From assembly GCA_963755715.1 (NCBI GenBank), contig CAVWLW010000073.1, positions 1 to 64,000 on the forward strand: DNA of 64,000 bases. Reading direction: 5' to 3'. This DNA comes from an uncultured delta proteobacterium (lineage in GTDB: Bacteria; Desulfobacterota; Binatia; UBA9968). Each line of letters opens with the position of its first letter. The first letter of the stretch is position 1. Of this stretch, positions 20,741-32,311 are shown piece by piece. The position numbers and the translations under genes were made by a program. The notes under the pieces are model-generated. The model saw only the letters and a program-made list of their open reading frames with translations. It was not told the DNA's origin and made no database searches.

Positions 20741-21892
20741 TCATTGTCCCCAAACCTTTTTCGCCGTTTCGAGCATTACGTCCAACTTGCGGAACTGCTC
20801 CTCTTCCGTCAGTAAATTACCGCGCAGACTCGAAGCGAAGCCGCATTGCGGGCTGAGCGCCAACTGTGCGAGTGGCAAATAACGCGCCGCGTCGTCGATG
20901 CGGCGCCGCAACTCGTCGACGGTCTCGATCCGTCCGACTTTGGTCGTGATCAAACCGAGCACGACCGTCTTTCCTTTCGGCACGAACCGCAGCGGCTCAA
21001 AACCGCCGGCGCGCTCCGTGTCGTATTCTAAAAGTAGCCGCTGGTGCTTGAGTCCGTTGAAAAGCTTCTCGGCGATCGCATCGTAGTGGCCTTCACGATG
21101 CCACATGCTCTGACGATTGCCGCGGCAGATGTGAATCCCGAACGTCACGCCAGGACAATCGGCGATCACCTCGTTGTCGGCTTGGATCGAGCGCTCCATA
21201 ATCGCCATCGGCTCTTCGCCGCGCGCGCGCATCGCCGCCAGCGAATCCGCATCAATGTACGCCGTATAGCCCGGCGCATCGATGCCGACGTATCGGCAAC
21301 CGTCGCTTGCAAGCTGGCCGATCATCTCGCGTTCGACGGCGACCACATCACGCAAAAACTCGGCGGTGCCCGGATATACCGAACGCGATGCCTCGGCGTC
21401 ATAGCATTGTTGAATCCGGTCCGGTCCGATCAAAGTAACTTTGACCGGACGATCGGTTAGATTCTGAGCAAATCGATAGTCGTCGAGCAACGCGTTGTGT
21501 AGCAGTCTTAGTCGCCCGGTCACGCGCTTGCGATTGAGCAGGATCGGATCCTGCCCTTTGTGCGTGCTGACATCGCCGCCCTCGCTGCGCTTGAGCATTT
21601 CATGATAGCTCTTTACGCCCGCCTGCCATTCCTCGACACCCGCGACGACCGCAAAACTTTCCATGAAGCTCGTCCGGCGAAATTCGCCGTCGACTATGAT
21701 TGGCAGATCATGCGCGACCTGTTTCGCTACGACAGCGCGAATTGCCTCGTCTTGAGCTTGTTTCAGATCGGCTTCGCTCGCCTTTCCCTCGCCACAACTG
21801 GCGAAAGCGTCCTTGACCGACTGAGGTCTTAGTAGACTGCCGACGAGGTCAACGCGCATGGATTGGAGATCGATCGTTGAGGATGGGCTCAT
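20741..21892 (-). CDS. Cobalamin-independent methionine synthase II family (MetE C-terminal/YxjH-like)
   Basis: DLVGSLLRP, DGEFRR, HICRGN, LEYD, LSPQCGFAS Zn ligands. Confidence 0.9.
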   Translation of the reverse strand: MSPSSTIDLQSMRVDLVGSLLRPQSVKDAFASCGEGKASEADLKQAQDEAIRAVVAKQVAHDLPIIVDGEFRRTSFMESFAVVAGVEEWQAGVKSYHEMLKRSEGGDVSTHKGQDPILLNRKRVTGRLRLLHNALLDDYRFAQNLTDRPVKVTLIGPDRIQQCYDAEASRSVYPGTAEFLRDVVAVEREMIGQLASDGCRYVGIDAPGYTAYIDADSLAAMRARGEEPMAIMERSIQADNEVIADCPGVTFGIHICRGNRQSMWHREGHYDAIAEKLFNGLKHQRLLLEYDTERAGGFEPLRFVPKGKTVVLGLITTKVGRIETVDELRRRIDDAARYLPLAQLALSPQCGFASSLRGNLLTEEEQFRKLDVMLETAKKVWGQ

Positions 21893-22053
21893 CTTATAGG
21901 TCCTTTCGTTGGCAACATCGCAAACATTTTGCGACAAGTCGAAGTCTCGTGCCTTTGCGCGACTCACGCCGATTTCTTTGATTCTCTACTTCGCGCCCTT
22001 TGCGTTCTGTGCGGTCAAATTGTCTAATTTTATTGCGCCTCGACCGCACTCGG

Positions 22054-23040
22054 CTAACTGCCCTTTTGTTCGATCTCCTTCTTCACTTCACCGACCCAGC
22101 GCAGGTCCAAGAATTTTTCCGCGGCGACTGGCGCGTCCATTTTGAGCGGCAGGCGAATTTCGTATTCGAGAATGTTTTTGATTCCTTCCGCCGACGGCAG
22201 ACCCGGCACGCCTGGCGGCAGAGCGCGGGAATAGCCCTTGATCGCATCCGTCAGCATGGCTTTAGTGACGTTTCTGAGCTGGAGTCTTTTGACCGCCACA
22301 TCGGCGGCCTCGTCGGGCCGCTCGCGCAAAAACATCAAACCGCGGATTACGGCCCGCATCCAACGCTTGAGCTGCGCGGAATTTTCCGCGATCTTCTTAT
22401 CCGTCGTCACGTAGCCTTGAAATGGCAAGGGGAAAATATCGCCGAGGTAAGCGAGATTCCGCATGCCCTCTTTTTCCGCCGCCACGGCCCCGGCGGGGTC
22501 GAGCACCACCGCGGCGACGGCGCCGCTCTTGAGGCCAAGGATCTTGTCGGTGGGGCTGGTGCCAAGGGTGATTTTCGTGACGTCTTTTGCCGACAAGCCG
22601 GCGCGTTCGACAAACAGCGTCGTAAATCGATCCTCGCTGTCGCCAAGCAGCGCAACGCCGATTTTTTTCCCGCGCAGGTCGGTAACCTGGACGATCGCCG
22701 GGTGCACGATCAAATACCAAGTCGGCCGCTCGGTTTGATACATGATCGCTTTGAGCGGCGCGCCTTTCACCGCCGCTCTAAGCCCGCTTCCGCCCGCGCC
22801 GCTGTAATCCACGTCGCCGCTAATCAAGGCTGCGATACCGGCCGGGCCGCCGATGACGATCGTCTCATTTTCCAATCCTTCGTCCTTGAAAAAGCCTTTC
22901 GCATCCGCGGAAAAAATCGATAAGTAATTTAAATTCAGACCGGGGACCGAGGTGCGAATTCTTTCGGCTTCGGCGTGAGGGCTCAAAATAAACATCAAAA
23001 CTAGCGCCGCGAGCGCGCCGCAATGATTAGGGTGCGACAT
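22054..23040 (-). CDS. ABC substrate-binding protein, NitT/TauT family
   Basis: Own GAAGGAG SD and signal peptide MSHPNHCG...; second half of the apparent 667-aa ORF. Confidence 0.85.
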   Translation of the reverse strand: MSHPNHCGALAALVLMFILSPHAEAERIRTSVPGLNLNYLSIFSADAKGFFKDEGLENETIVIGGPAGIAALISGDVDYSGAGGSGLRAAVKGAPLKAIMYQTERPTWYLIVHPAIVQVTDLRGKKIGVALLGDSEDRFTTLFVERAGLSAKDVTKITLGTSPTDKILGLKSGAVAAVVLDPAGAVAAEKEGMRNLAYLGDIFPLPFQGYVTTDKKIAENSAQLKRWMRAVIRGLMFLRERPDEAADVAVKRLQLRNVTKAMLTDAIKGYSRALPPGVPGLPSAEGIKNILEYEIRLPLKMDAPVAAEKFLDLRWVGEVKKEIEQKGS

Positions 23041-23060
23041 GCTTTTTTCTCCTTCGCGGC

Positions 23061-24057
23061 TTATCGCTCGCTCAATTCGCGAATCGCCTGTTGCAGATAA
23101 CTCGTGATCGATATATTTCAGCGGATCGGGAAGCGGCCCTTTGATCTGCTCAGCATAAACCTGCATCGTGAACTTCAAACCTTCAAGATTGATTTCCGCG
23201 TTGGGGTGCCAGATACGATTGGCCGTGTAATATTCCCACCCCCGCCGCGCGAGCTCCGGCTTGAGCGGGATTTCCTTGGCGAGAAAATCGATCGCCGCTT
23301 CCTTGTTGGCGTAGAGCCAGCGATGGGCGCGCACCGCCCCCTTGAGGAAACGGACCAGCAGCGCGCGATTTTTTTCCGCCCAAGCTCGCTTTACGGTCAA
23401 CAACGATAGTTGATAGTTCGGGAAATAGTCTTTGAAATATCCGAGCACGTTGAAGCCTTGCTGTTCGGCGATGAAATCGAGCGGCACGACTAAATAGGTA
23501 GCGCCGATCTGTCCCGAGCTGAGCGCCGCCAGATTGAAGTTACCGCCGCCGACCGCCAAAAGCTTATAGTCAGCCGGATAATCCAAACCGTTTTGCTTGA
23601 GGATGAGTTTGAGAACATTCGTCGCGCCGGACGTCAACACCTGAACGCCGATGGTCGCGCCGCGCAAATCTTTGAGGCTTTTATAATTTTTCGCCGCGAC
23701 GATCGCTTGGGTCAAGCCATTGACCACGCCGCCGACGGCCAGCAAGTCGGCGCCGCTCGCGGCCGCGCCGATCGTTGCGTCGGCCGAGCCGAGCGCGAGG
23801 AGCAGCGATTCACTCACCAGCGCTTGCATGGTGATCGCCGTTCCTCGCAGCAGCACCGGCTGGACATCCAAGCCGAATTCATCGAAGAAACCCTTCTTGG
23901 TGCCGAGCCAGAACATGTTGGTGCCGATCGTTTTGGTGCCGACGCCGACAGGAAATTTTATTTTCTCCTGAGCCTCTGCAGCGCCGCTCGAAAGCATCAA
24001 ATTCAGCACCGAGTAAACCGTTAGCGCTAGCGCCACGACTTTGCTTCGATGTTCCAT
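23061..24057 (-). CDS. ABC substrate-binding protein, NitT/TauT family (frameshift near 23102)
   Basis: Removing one base restores YID.SYLQQAIRELSER-TAA, a typical family terminus. Confidence 0.8.
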
Positions 24058-24319
24058 GGATGAACCTCGCTCTGTCGGTCACCGTTGACTCAATAGTGAC
24101 GATAGACTCTAGAGCAGGCACACCATAGGTTAGACACGCGACTAGCGTCAAGGTGAAAATACCGATTTTGGCGGGTCGATCCGCCGAGTCTCGGCACAGC
24201 CGTCGTGTCACTATGCATTAACATTAGGTATTCTTGCCTGTGCCAAAACAACCTTGACAGTGCCATCACGATCGTGATTTATCGGAAATTATTTGAACCT
24301 TCCGCACAGGTGTTGAACA

Positions 24320-25309
24320 GTGCGACGCAGTCAACCGCGACTCCTCCTCGCTTTATCCGTGTTAGCGGCGTTTATGTTTGTAAACGTGAGCGTGTTAAGG
24401 GCGCAGAAGCTCCGCGTCGCCTACACGGCCTTCGCGGGCACCTTCACGATTCTTTGGCTGGGAAAAGAAGCGGGCCTCTATCAGAAATATGGCGCCGATA
24501 TGGATCTGCTCTACATTGGCTCGAGTACCAGAGCTGTCCAAGCGCTCCTTGGCGGCGATGTCGATATCGTATACTCGGCTGCGGGCGCGGTGGTCGATGC
24601 GAATCTCGCCGGCGCCGACCTGACGATGGTTGGTTGTCAGTATGACACAGGGCAAACCTCATTTTTCACGACTCCGCCGATTACCGGCATCGCCGCGCTC
24701 AAAGGCAAAGCCGTCGGCGTTTCGCGCTTCGGCGCGTTTTCAGATTTTGTCGCGCGTCACGTACTGATAAAAAATCGGCTCCAGCCGATCAAAGACGTCG
24801 CCCTGCTGCAACTCGGCGGCACCCAGGAAATCATTGCCGCCATGCAGAAGAATCTAGTCCAAGGCGGATCCATATCACTGCCGTTGACTCTGCAGGCGCG
24901 CAAGCTGGGTTTCAGGGAACTGCTCACGACGGAAACCATTGCGCTGCCGTTCGACTATGGCTGCTTCATCGTTAAAAGCTCGCAGGTGCGCACGAAACGC
25001 GAAGAGTTAAAGAAAGTCCTGCGCGCGACGATCGCCGCCTACGATTTGGCGATACAGGAGCCGGCGTTGGCAAAGAAAGCGATCGGCAAATACACCCGCA
25101 CGACCGACAATGAAACCCTCGACGCGACATACAAAGAGAACGTCAAGGATTATGCCTTGCGTGTTCCCTATGTGTCGGTCGCGGGGCTTTCCTCAATCAT
25201 CGATTTTCGCGCCGAGGCGACAGCCGAAGCAAAGAAGCTCGCGCTTGAAAAAATGTTCGACAACTCCCTGCTGCACGAGCTACAAAAAGAAATGACCGCG
25301 CCAAAGTAA
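24320..25309 (+). CDS. ABC substrate-binding protein, NitT/TauT family
   Basis: Signal peptide, GLYQKYG, LKGKAVGVSRFG. Confidence 0.85.
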   Translation: MRRSQPRLLLALSVLAAFMFVNVSVLRAQKLRVAYTAFAGTFTILWLGKEAGLYQKYGADMDLLYIGSSTRAVQALLGGDVDIVYSAAGAVVDANLAGADLTMVGCQYDTGQTSFFTTPPITGIAALKGKAVGVSRFGAFSDFVARHVLIKNRLQPIKDVALLQLGGTQEIIAAMQKNLVQGGSISLPLTLQARKLGFRELLTTETIALPFDYGCFIVKSSQVRTKREELKKVLRATIAAYDLAIQEPALAKKAIGKYTRTTDNETLDATYKENVKDYALRVPYVSVAGLSSIIDFRAEATAEAKKLALEKMFDNSLLHELQKEMTAPK

Positions 25310-25322
25310 AGGTAAAGCAATC

Positions 25323-26415
25323 ATGAAGCTCGGACTCTTCGACCACATGCAAAAGCACGATAGGCCCGCGCTGTCCTACGTCGAGCTGTATAAAAATCAT
25401 CTCGAAGTCGTGGAATGCGCCGATCAGGCCGGCATGGATTTTTATTTTGTCGCCGAGCATCACTTCGACATGGGATTTTCGGAATGTCCCAGCCCCGGCA
25501 GCTTTCTCGGCGCGGCGTCACAGCGAACCAAACGAATTCGTTTGGGTCCGCTGGTCTACGTCTTGCCATTGTGGAATCCGATCCGCGTCGCCGAAGAAGT
25601 CGCGCTGCTCGACAATCTCACCGAAGGCCGTTTGGAATGCGGCTTCGGCGCCGGTATCGGACCGTTTAGCTTCGCCGCTTACAATATTCCTTGGGAGCAA
25701 AAGCGCGAGATGACTCTGGAAGCGCTGCAAATCATCAGAGGCATCTGGACCCACGAATCGTTCACTTTCGAAGGCCGTTACTTTAAATGCAAAGATATCG
25801 ACTCTATCGATTCCGCTCGTGCAAAAGCCTCATCCGCCGCTCTGGATGCCGACGCGCAGCAAAGATTCCATCGAGGAGGCCGCCGCCAGCGCCATCAGCA
25901 CGATCCAGTGGGTGCCGGCTGGGATGAAAGCCGCGCGACGCGCCTTCGACGAGTACCGCGAAGTTTATCGACGCACCAAGCCTGCGGGGCCGAAACCGCA
26001 TATCGGCTTGATGCGCGAAATCTACGTCGCCGAAACCGATCGGCAAGCGCGCGCCGAAGGTGAATTTCACTGGAAGAATTTCTGGGAGCGGCGCGGCGGC
26101 GCGCGCACCTACGGCGCGCACGGATCAACTGGACTATCGACGATTCTCGACGGCAGCCGCCGGGGCGAACTGATGGACATGGAGCACTCCATCGCCGAAG
26201 GCTCGTTTATCTGCGGCGCGCCGGACACGGTCGTGGAACAAATCAAACGAATCGCCAACGACGCCGGCGCCGACACCTTTCTCGGTGAATTTACCTTCGG
26301 TGAGCTGACTCAGAAACAAGCCCTCAACTCGCTCGGTCTCTTCACCGAGCAAGTCATGCCGGAGCTGAAAAAGTTTGAGATCGACGCGCTGAATTTCCCC
26401 AAAGCCGACGGGTGA
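25323..26415 (+). CDS. LLM-class flavin-dependent oxidoreductase, frameshift ~25800
   Basis: AEHHF, AEEVALLDNLTEGRLE in one frame; QKPHPPLWM continues in ORF 25819-26415. Confidence 0.85.
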
Positions 26416-26521
26416 GCACTTTGGGGAAAATAAGATCTCACCATGAAGACCACGAAGGTCGCGAAGGCTTCGGACAATTAATTATGTTTTCCAGCCGACT
26501 GTCGCCGCACCGCTGTTAGAT

Positions 26522-27325
26522 TCACTTTCGCGGTGTTAACACCAGCACCTGTTTGTCCGAATCAACTGACATTTGAAAGCGGCCGAGGAAGTCGAATCCC
26601 AACAAGCCTTCGTAGCCGAGCTCCATAATGCGATCGTGAATACTGACCTGCATATTTTTTATTTCAGCTCTGCCCACTCGGATGGCCTCGACCAAGCCGA
26701 CATCCACGTTGACAACACCGCCGATTCCGACTCTTTTTTGTGAGCCCATGGAGAGCAACCGGAGGTCCCTGGCGATCCGCTTCGATACCATGGTTTGGGC
26801 GGCACCCGTATCCACCGCCAGATAACCCGTTGTACTGCTGTTTCCGTTTTTGAACGTAACCGGCACGACAATCTTGGGACCGTCGATCTTAACGGGAATG
26901 GTGATTGGCCCCGTCACCGGCGTGGTCGAGACGGGGTCCGAACCCCCGCTAACAGGTCCGACGAGCGTGGAGTCCTTCGGCAACGAGCGAAAGTGGTCGT
27001 CGATTTTTGCCGCACCCATCTTATCGCCGGCCTTGACCCAACCCACATTGCCGTTTCTCGTCTTCACCATGAACCACTTCAAGCCGCCGGCGCCGGTCAT
27101 CTCGGCAATGGGTAATAGCGCCTTCCCGTCCGCCGCCGATTCGATGACGGGAGAAGACTCGTCGGCGCTGGCGAACACCTGCACCTCACCGCTCTGCGCC
27201 GCCGTCTGCGGGCTCGAGGCAGCGTCCGCATGACGCATGACGCTGAATAAACTCAGCACCACAAAGACCGCGGCCCTGAGTAGAAGTTCCCTTGGGTTTT
27301 TCGAGCGGGGTTGCAAGATCATCAT
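26522..27325 (-). CDS. Secreted retropepsin-like aspartyl protease with N-terminal SH3-like domain
   Basis: GAGGAG SD, signal peptide, WFMVKTRNGNVGWV, AVDTGA, GLLGFDFL. Confidence 0.8.
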   Translation of the reverse strand: MMILQPRSKNPRELLLRAAVFVVLSLFSVMRHADAASSPQTAAQSGEVQVFASADESSPVIESAADGKALLPIAEMTGAGGLKWFMVKTRNGNVGWVKAGDKMGAAKIDDHFRSLPKDSTLVGPVSGGSDPVSTTPVTGPITIPVKIDGPKIVVPVTFKNGNSSTTGYLAVDTGAAQTMVSKRIARDLRLLSMGSQKRVGIGGVVNVDVGLVEAIRVGRAEIKNMQVSIHDRIMELGYEGLLGFDFLGRFQMSVDSDKQVLVLTPRK

Positions 27326-27444
27326 TAGGTTTGATCTCCTCGTGTTTTTTGTGGCCGGCACCATGGGGCGCGATCCGATATCACCAATCGTTTGAGAACG
27401 CCACCTAGTCGGTGCGCGCAGCGGTATTCGCGAATCCAATGGCC

Positions 27445-28775
27445 TCATGCGCCGGCAAGCTCCGTCGGTAACCGCCATCTCCGGCTTTTCGATACTCTGC
27501 CTGTCGATCGTCAATGCGACGCATGCGGCGATCAAACCCAGACAACCGCCAACAAGAAAAGCATATTGATAATCGCCGAAATGAACGCGCGCCCAGCCGC
27601 CAAGGATCGCCGCGGACGCGCCGCCAAGTTGATGGAAGACGAAAACCAAACCGAATATTCTACCGACTCCTTCTGATCCGAAGCTGCGCGCGATGATCGT
27701 TGCCGTCGCCGGCCCGGAAGCGTACCAGTCGAGACCGTACATCACGGCGAAGACGAATAAACCGATCGGCTCAGACACAAACGGCAGAATAAACAGCGAC
27801 GATCCGCGCAGCGCGTAGACAACCGCGAGAACCTTGCGCGGATCGATGCGGTCGACCAGCCAGCCGGAAAATGTCGTGCCGATAAAGCTCGCGCCGCCCA
27901 TGATTCCGACCGCGGTCGCAGCGGTCAGTTGCGGAATGCCGCGCTCGATCGCATGCGGGATCAGATGCGTGCCGATAAGACCGTTGGCCGTAACACCGCA
28001 AATAAAAAAACAACCGCTCAAAATCCAGAAGGTCGAAGTTCCGAAAACTTCGGATAGAGTGGACATTGATATCGGACGAATCTCGCCCTGAGCGAAACTG
28101 CGCCCCCGCGTCGAGCCGCTTTCATCGGGCGAACGATACGGCTCGAGACCGACGTCGGCGGGATTATCGCGCATCCATAACCAAATGAATCGGAATCAAA
28201 AGCGCCGAGGCGGCTGCCATCGCCATCAGCGCGCTGCGCCAGCCGCTGCCAACGACCATCGCCATCAAGAGCGGCAAATAAATCACCTGCCCTGCTGCGT
28301 TGGCGTTGGTCATGATGCCGATCGCAAGACCGCGCCGGCTGACAAACCAGCGGCTCGCGATGCTCGCTCCCAATGCCGGCGTCACACCGGTTGCGATGCC
28401 CAGAACAATTCCCCACAAGACAATCAATTGCCAGAGCTCCTGCACAAAGACTGTTCCAACCAGGCCCAAGGCGATCGTCGTCAGGCTGCCGAGAATGACG
28501 CGGCGCGCGCCGATGCGATCGATCAGCCAGCCGCCGATCGGCGCAAACACTCCCAACAGCAAAAGATTCAAGCTCGCCGCCGACGCGATCGCCGTGCGGC
28601 TCCAACCGAATTCGGCTTCCAGAGGATGAATCAGCACCGACGGCGCCGAGCGAATCCCGGCGGCGGTCAAGTTGGCGAGAAAACTGAGCGCGACTATGAA
28701 CCAGCCGTAGTAAAACGGGACGAAAATCGGCAACCGCGCCACGCCGGATTTTTCAACTTCGTGATTCATGGCCAT
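27445..28775 (-). CDS. MFS transporter (OFA/YbfB-like), frameshifts ~28180 and ~27465
   Basis: FYYGWFIV, LEAEFGWSR, WFVSRRGLA, FFICGVTANGLIGTHLIP; pieces in ORFs 28164-28775 and 26522-28174. Confidence 0.8.
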
Positions 28776-28875
28776 CGTCTATCACAAAAGAGCTGAACCG
28801 AGAATGAGGGATGCATCGCGCGAAAATTCAAATTGCTCCCGTAATGAATTAACCCTCAGAAGCCGCCAACCCAAT

Positions 28876-30499
28876 TTAAAACACGTCTACGATAACTCCT
28901 TCATCGCCGCGCAATTGAAGCTCGTCAGCTAATTTCTCTCCGGCACGATCGAGATGAGTGGAAAGCCGCAATGCCGCCCTCGCCTCGAGCTCACCGAGAT
29001 TGAAGCTCCGCGCGAAGTTGCTGAAATTGAGCACGATCAAAAACCGGCGCTCGCCGGCCTTGCGCATGTAGGCGACCAGATCATCGCCCGTCGGCAGCGC
29101 CGAATAATCGCCGACAGACAATGCCGGCTCCGCCCGGCGCAGCCCGATTAAGCGATGATACAAAGTCAGAATCGATCGAGGATCATCGCGCAACACAGCT
29201 ACGTTATTCATCGAAAAATCGTCAGCAATCGGCAGCCACGGCGCGCCGGTGGTAAAACCGGCAGCCATGCCATCACTCCATTGCATCGGCGTGCGTACCG
29301 GATCGCGACCCAATCCCAGGCCCGGCACATTCTTCTCGAAGGGATCCTGCACCCGGTGAAACGGAATCGCGACATCGTGCATGCCGATCTCGTCGCCATA
29401 ATACATCGTCGGCGTGCCACGCAGCGTCAACAACAGCATCGCCGCCACGCGCGCTTGCGCCGCTCCCGCGCGCGTCGCGATGCGCGGCTTATCGTGATTG
29501 CCGAGCACCCAATTCGGCCAAGCGTAAGACGGCAGCAACCCTTCATAACGCTCGACAGCGGTGGCGATCTCTTTGGCTTTCCACGGCAGCCGGATCAATT
29601 GAAAATTAAACGGCAGATGCGCGCCCTGCCCGCTCGCGCCGTAGTAAGCCATCAGCCGCTCTACCGGTAGATAGATCTCGCCGACTAACATGCGATCATC
29701 GTACTCTTCGACGACGTCGCGCATCAGCGCGACGATTTCTTGCACTTCGGGTAGATCGGCCGTGTAAGTCGCAAGTAATTCCCGGTACGGCGACATACCG
29801 GGTTTAAAATCGGGATTAGCCGGGTTGTCGCGGAACTCGGTGTCTTTGACTAAATGATGCATCACGTCGACGCGAAATCCATCAACGCCGCGCTCGAGCC
29901 AAAAGCGCAGCACATCGAGCATCGCCCGCTGCACTTCCGGATTGCGCCAGTTGAGATCCGGCTGCTCTTTGAGAAACGCGTGGTAGTAATACTGTCCGGT
30001 CTCTTTCGTCCCATTCCCACGCGCCGCCGCCAAAATTGGCGCGCCAATTATTCGGCGGGCCGCCGCCCGGCGCCGGATCGCGCCAAATATACCAGTCGCG
30101 CTTGGCGCTCTGGCGCGACGAGCGCGACTCGACGAACCATGGATGCTGGTCGGAAGTATGATTGGGGACATAATCGAGCAAGAGCTTCATGCCGCGCGCA
30201 TGAACATCGGCGAGCAAGGCATCGAAGTCTGCCAGCGTGCCGAAGATCGGATCGATGTCGGTATAATTGCTGACGTCGTAACCGAAATCCGCCATCGGCG
30301 ACGGATAAATCGGCGAGATCCAGATGGCGTCGACGCCGAGCCATTGAAGATAATCGAGCCGGCTCCGTATGCCGCCGAGATCGCCGATGCCGTCGCCGTT
30401 ACTGTCCATGAACGAGCGCGGATAAATTTGATAAATAATGCCGCGTTCCCACCAACGAAAATTTTCCAAATCCGCGTCTTTGTGAACTAAGTCGGCCAT
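28876..30499 (-). CDS. GH13 alpha-glucosidase/oligo-1,6-glucosidase, frameshift ~30010
   Basis: IYQIYPRSFMDSNGDGIGDL, PNHTSDQHPWF, GFRVDV, VGEIY, LGNHD. Confidence 0.92.
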
Positions 30500-30693
30500 T
30501 TAAACCCTCGTCTTGCACACCATCGACTTAGACATCCGCGACGTCTGGTCGCATGTCTCGAGACGGCGAATCGCGCTTGATCGCGCCATTATAGACTGTT
30601 TGACAATTTTGGGGGAGCGCAGGGCGGCGATTGCCGGCAATACGTTAGCGGGAACCGATTCGATCAAATAGGGAAGAAGACTTTCTTGACGCG

Positions 30694-32300
30694 TTACTCG
30701 ACGATCTCGATCGCAAGCCGGTAAGCGGGCAACCGATAGCCGTGCGACAGCGCGGGAAAATCGCGAGCGTAGGTCAGAAACGGCGTCTGATAATTCCACG
30801 GCACGCGATCTTTGCCTCGGTAGATCGCCGGGTAGAGATCGATCAGATGAGTCCCCGGCTCTCCCGTTGCAACGAGATTGATGGTCACATCGCCGTTGGT
30901 GTTAAAACCGCAGGCATAACCCATCGCGGCATTGTCGTAGGTCACGGCAACGGTATTATCGAGCTCAGTCCAGCCGACGCCTTTGATCTGCACGGTGAAA
31001 GTTTCGCCGACTTTGACTCGTTTCGGCTTCACCGCCACCAAGACTCTGCTCGACATAGTACGGGCATTTCGAGCAGCATTCGATTGCGCGGCTGCTAGTT
31101 TCATCGTGTGCCAGCCGCCGAGATCATCCGGGATCTGCAGGGTAGTGCTCAATGAGCCGTCTGACTTGGTCGTCGCATTCGAAAGCGGGACATTCTCCAA
31201 GATTCCAGCCGCTGGGCCCATGCGGTTACCCCTCGCCGTGACGAAGAACAGATCCAACTTCCGTATTCGGCGGGAGCCCGGTCGTTCGCAAGGTGGTCTG
31301 CGACAGAATCGGTCCCGAAGCAGGATTCAATGTCGCAACAGTGGATGACGCCGCTTTAAGACCCATGGTTGTCCGCGGCGCATGGCTGCTGAGCCGGGCC
31401 AACCCGGTCGTTGTCCGGCCACTGGAGAGCGTCGGGCGGCGGGCCGGCGTCCTTGGTAACGTTGAACACAAAACGAAACTCTTGTTGGTTGTCGAGATGA
31501 GCGTAGATATAATCCTGCGGCGATTGCTGGGTATTGAGATAGGCGCCAGGCGCGTAGGCGGTGCTGTTGTTGAGTTGGATGATATGCTTGCCGGGAGGTC
31601 CTGCCGCGCGAATCTGCAAGACAGCGGTGCCCCGAGTCGTCACTGCCGATATCTCGCCGGTGTATTTGTTGTCGTAGCGCAGCGCCATGAATTGCTCGAA
31701 GCCCTGCCAACCCATTCCTTTCACCGTGACTGTGATCGGTGTTCCAACCGGCCCTTCGGTCGGCGTCAATGCGGCGCTTCGGAGAATGCGAAAACCGCCG
31801 CGCGCCGCGTCCTGTCCATCGATCACCGCGTAGAGATCGTGCACCTCGCCAAAGTCTTCCGGCGCGGCGAACTTTGCGCTCACTCGGCCTTGGGCATCGA
31901 CCAACGCGTTGCCGAAAGCGACGCGTTTCTCGTCGTATTTGCGCTCGTGGTACTCAATATTGTCGGCCATCACCTTGGTCGCATAAATAGCTTCGGCCGT
32001 GCTCCAAAAAAATTCCACTTTCTTGCCCGGCGTGAGCCCGTCCCCCATCACTGTGAAAGAATCTCCCACGTAGCCCTTAACCGGCTCGACCTTGAGCAGC
32101 TTTAGGGGTGCCACTGGGGCGCTTGGCCTGGTGACTTGAGCGACGATCGACGGGGTAGGCAATGCGGTAGTTGGACGAGCGGTGGGCCCGGACGGAGCGT
32201 TGGAGCCATCGGCCCCTAGCAATCCGAGCAGGATTAGAAGCGAAAGCGCCAGTCCTGTGATCGACAGCCCCGCCCTGACGCGACCGGTAACGGTTTTAAT
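30694..32300 (-). CDS. Secreted hypothetical protein with duplicated Ig-like beta modules (frameshifts ~31400, ~31258)
   Basis: GAGGTG SD then ATT at 32300 and a hydrophobic signal; internal repeat VKGMGW..YDNKYTG / IKGVGW..YDNAAMG. Confidence 0.7.
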
Positions 32301-32311
32301 CCTGCACCTCG

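Noticed and set aside
22054-24057. Apparent 667-aa tandem double-SBP fusion
   Set aside because: One extra base near 23102 hides a normal stop; the second half has its own SD and signal peptide
24207-24222. Possible Pho box (GTCAC-N6-TTAAC) before an SBP gene
   Set aside because: Only two units and no -10 at the 10-nt spacing; may be chance
26522-28174. Apparent MFS-aspartyl protease fusion
   Set aside because: Indel read-through; the protease has its own SD and signal peptide, and the linker reads like intergenic DNA
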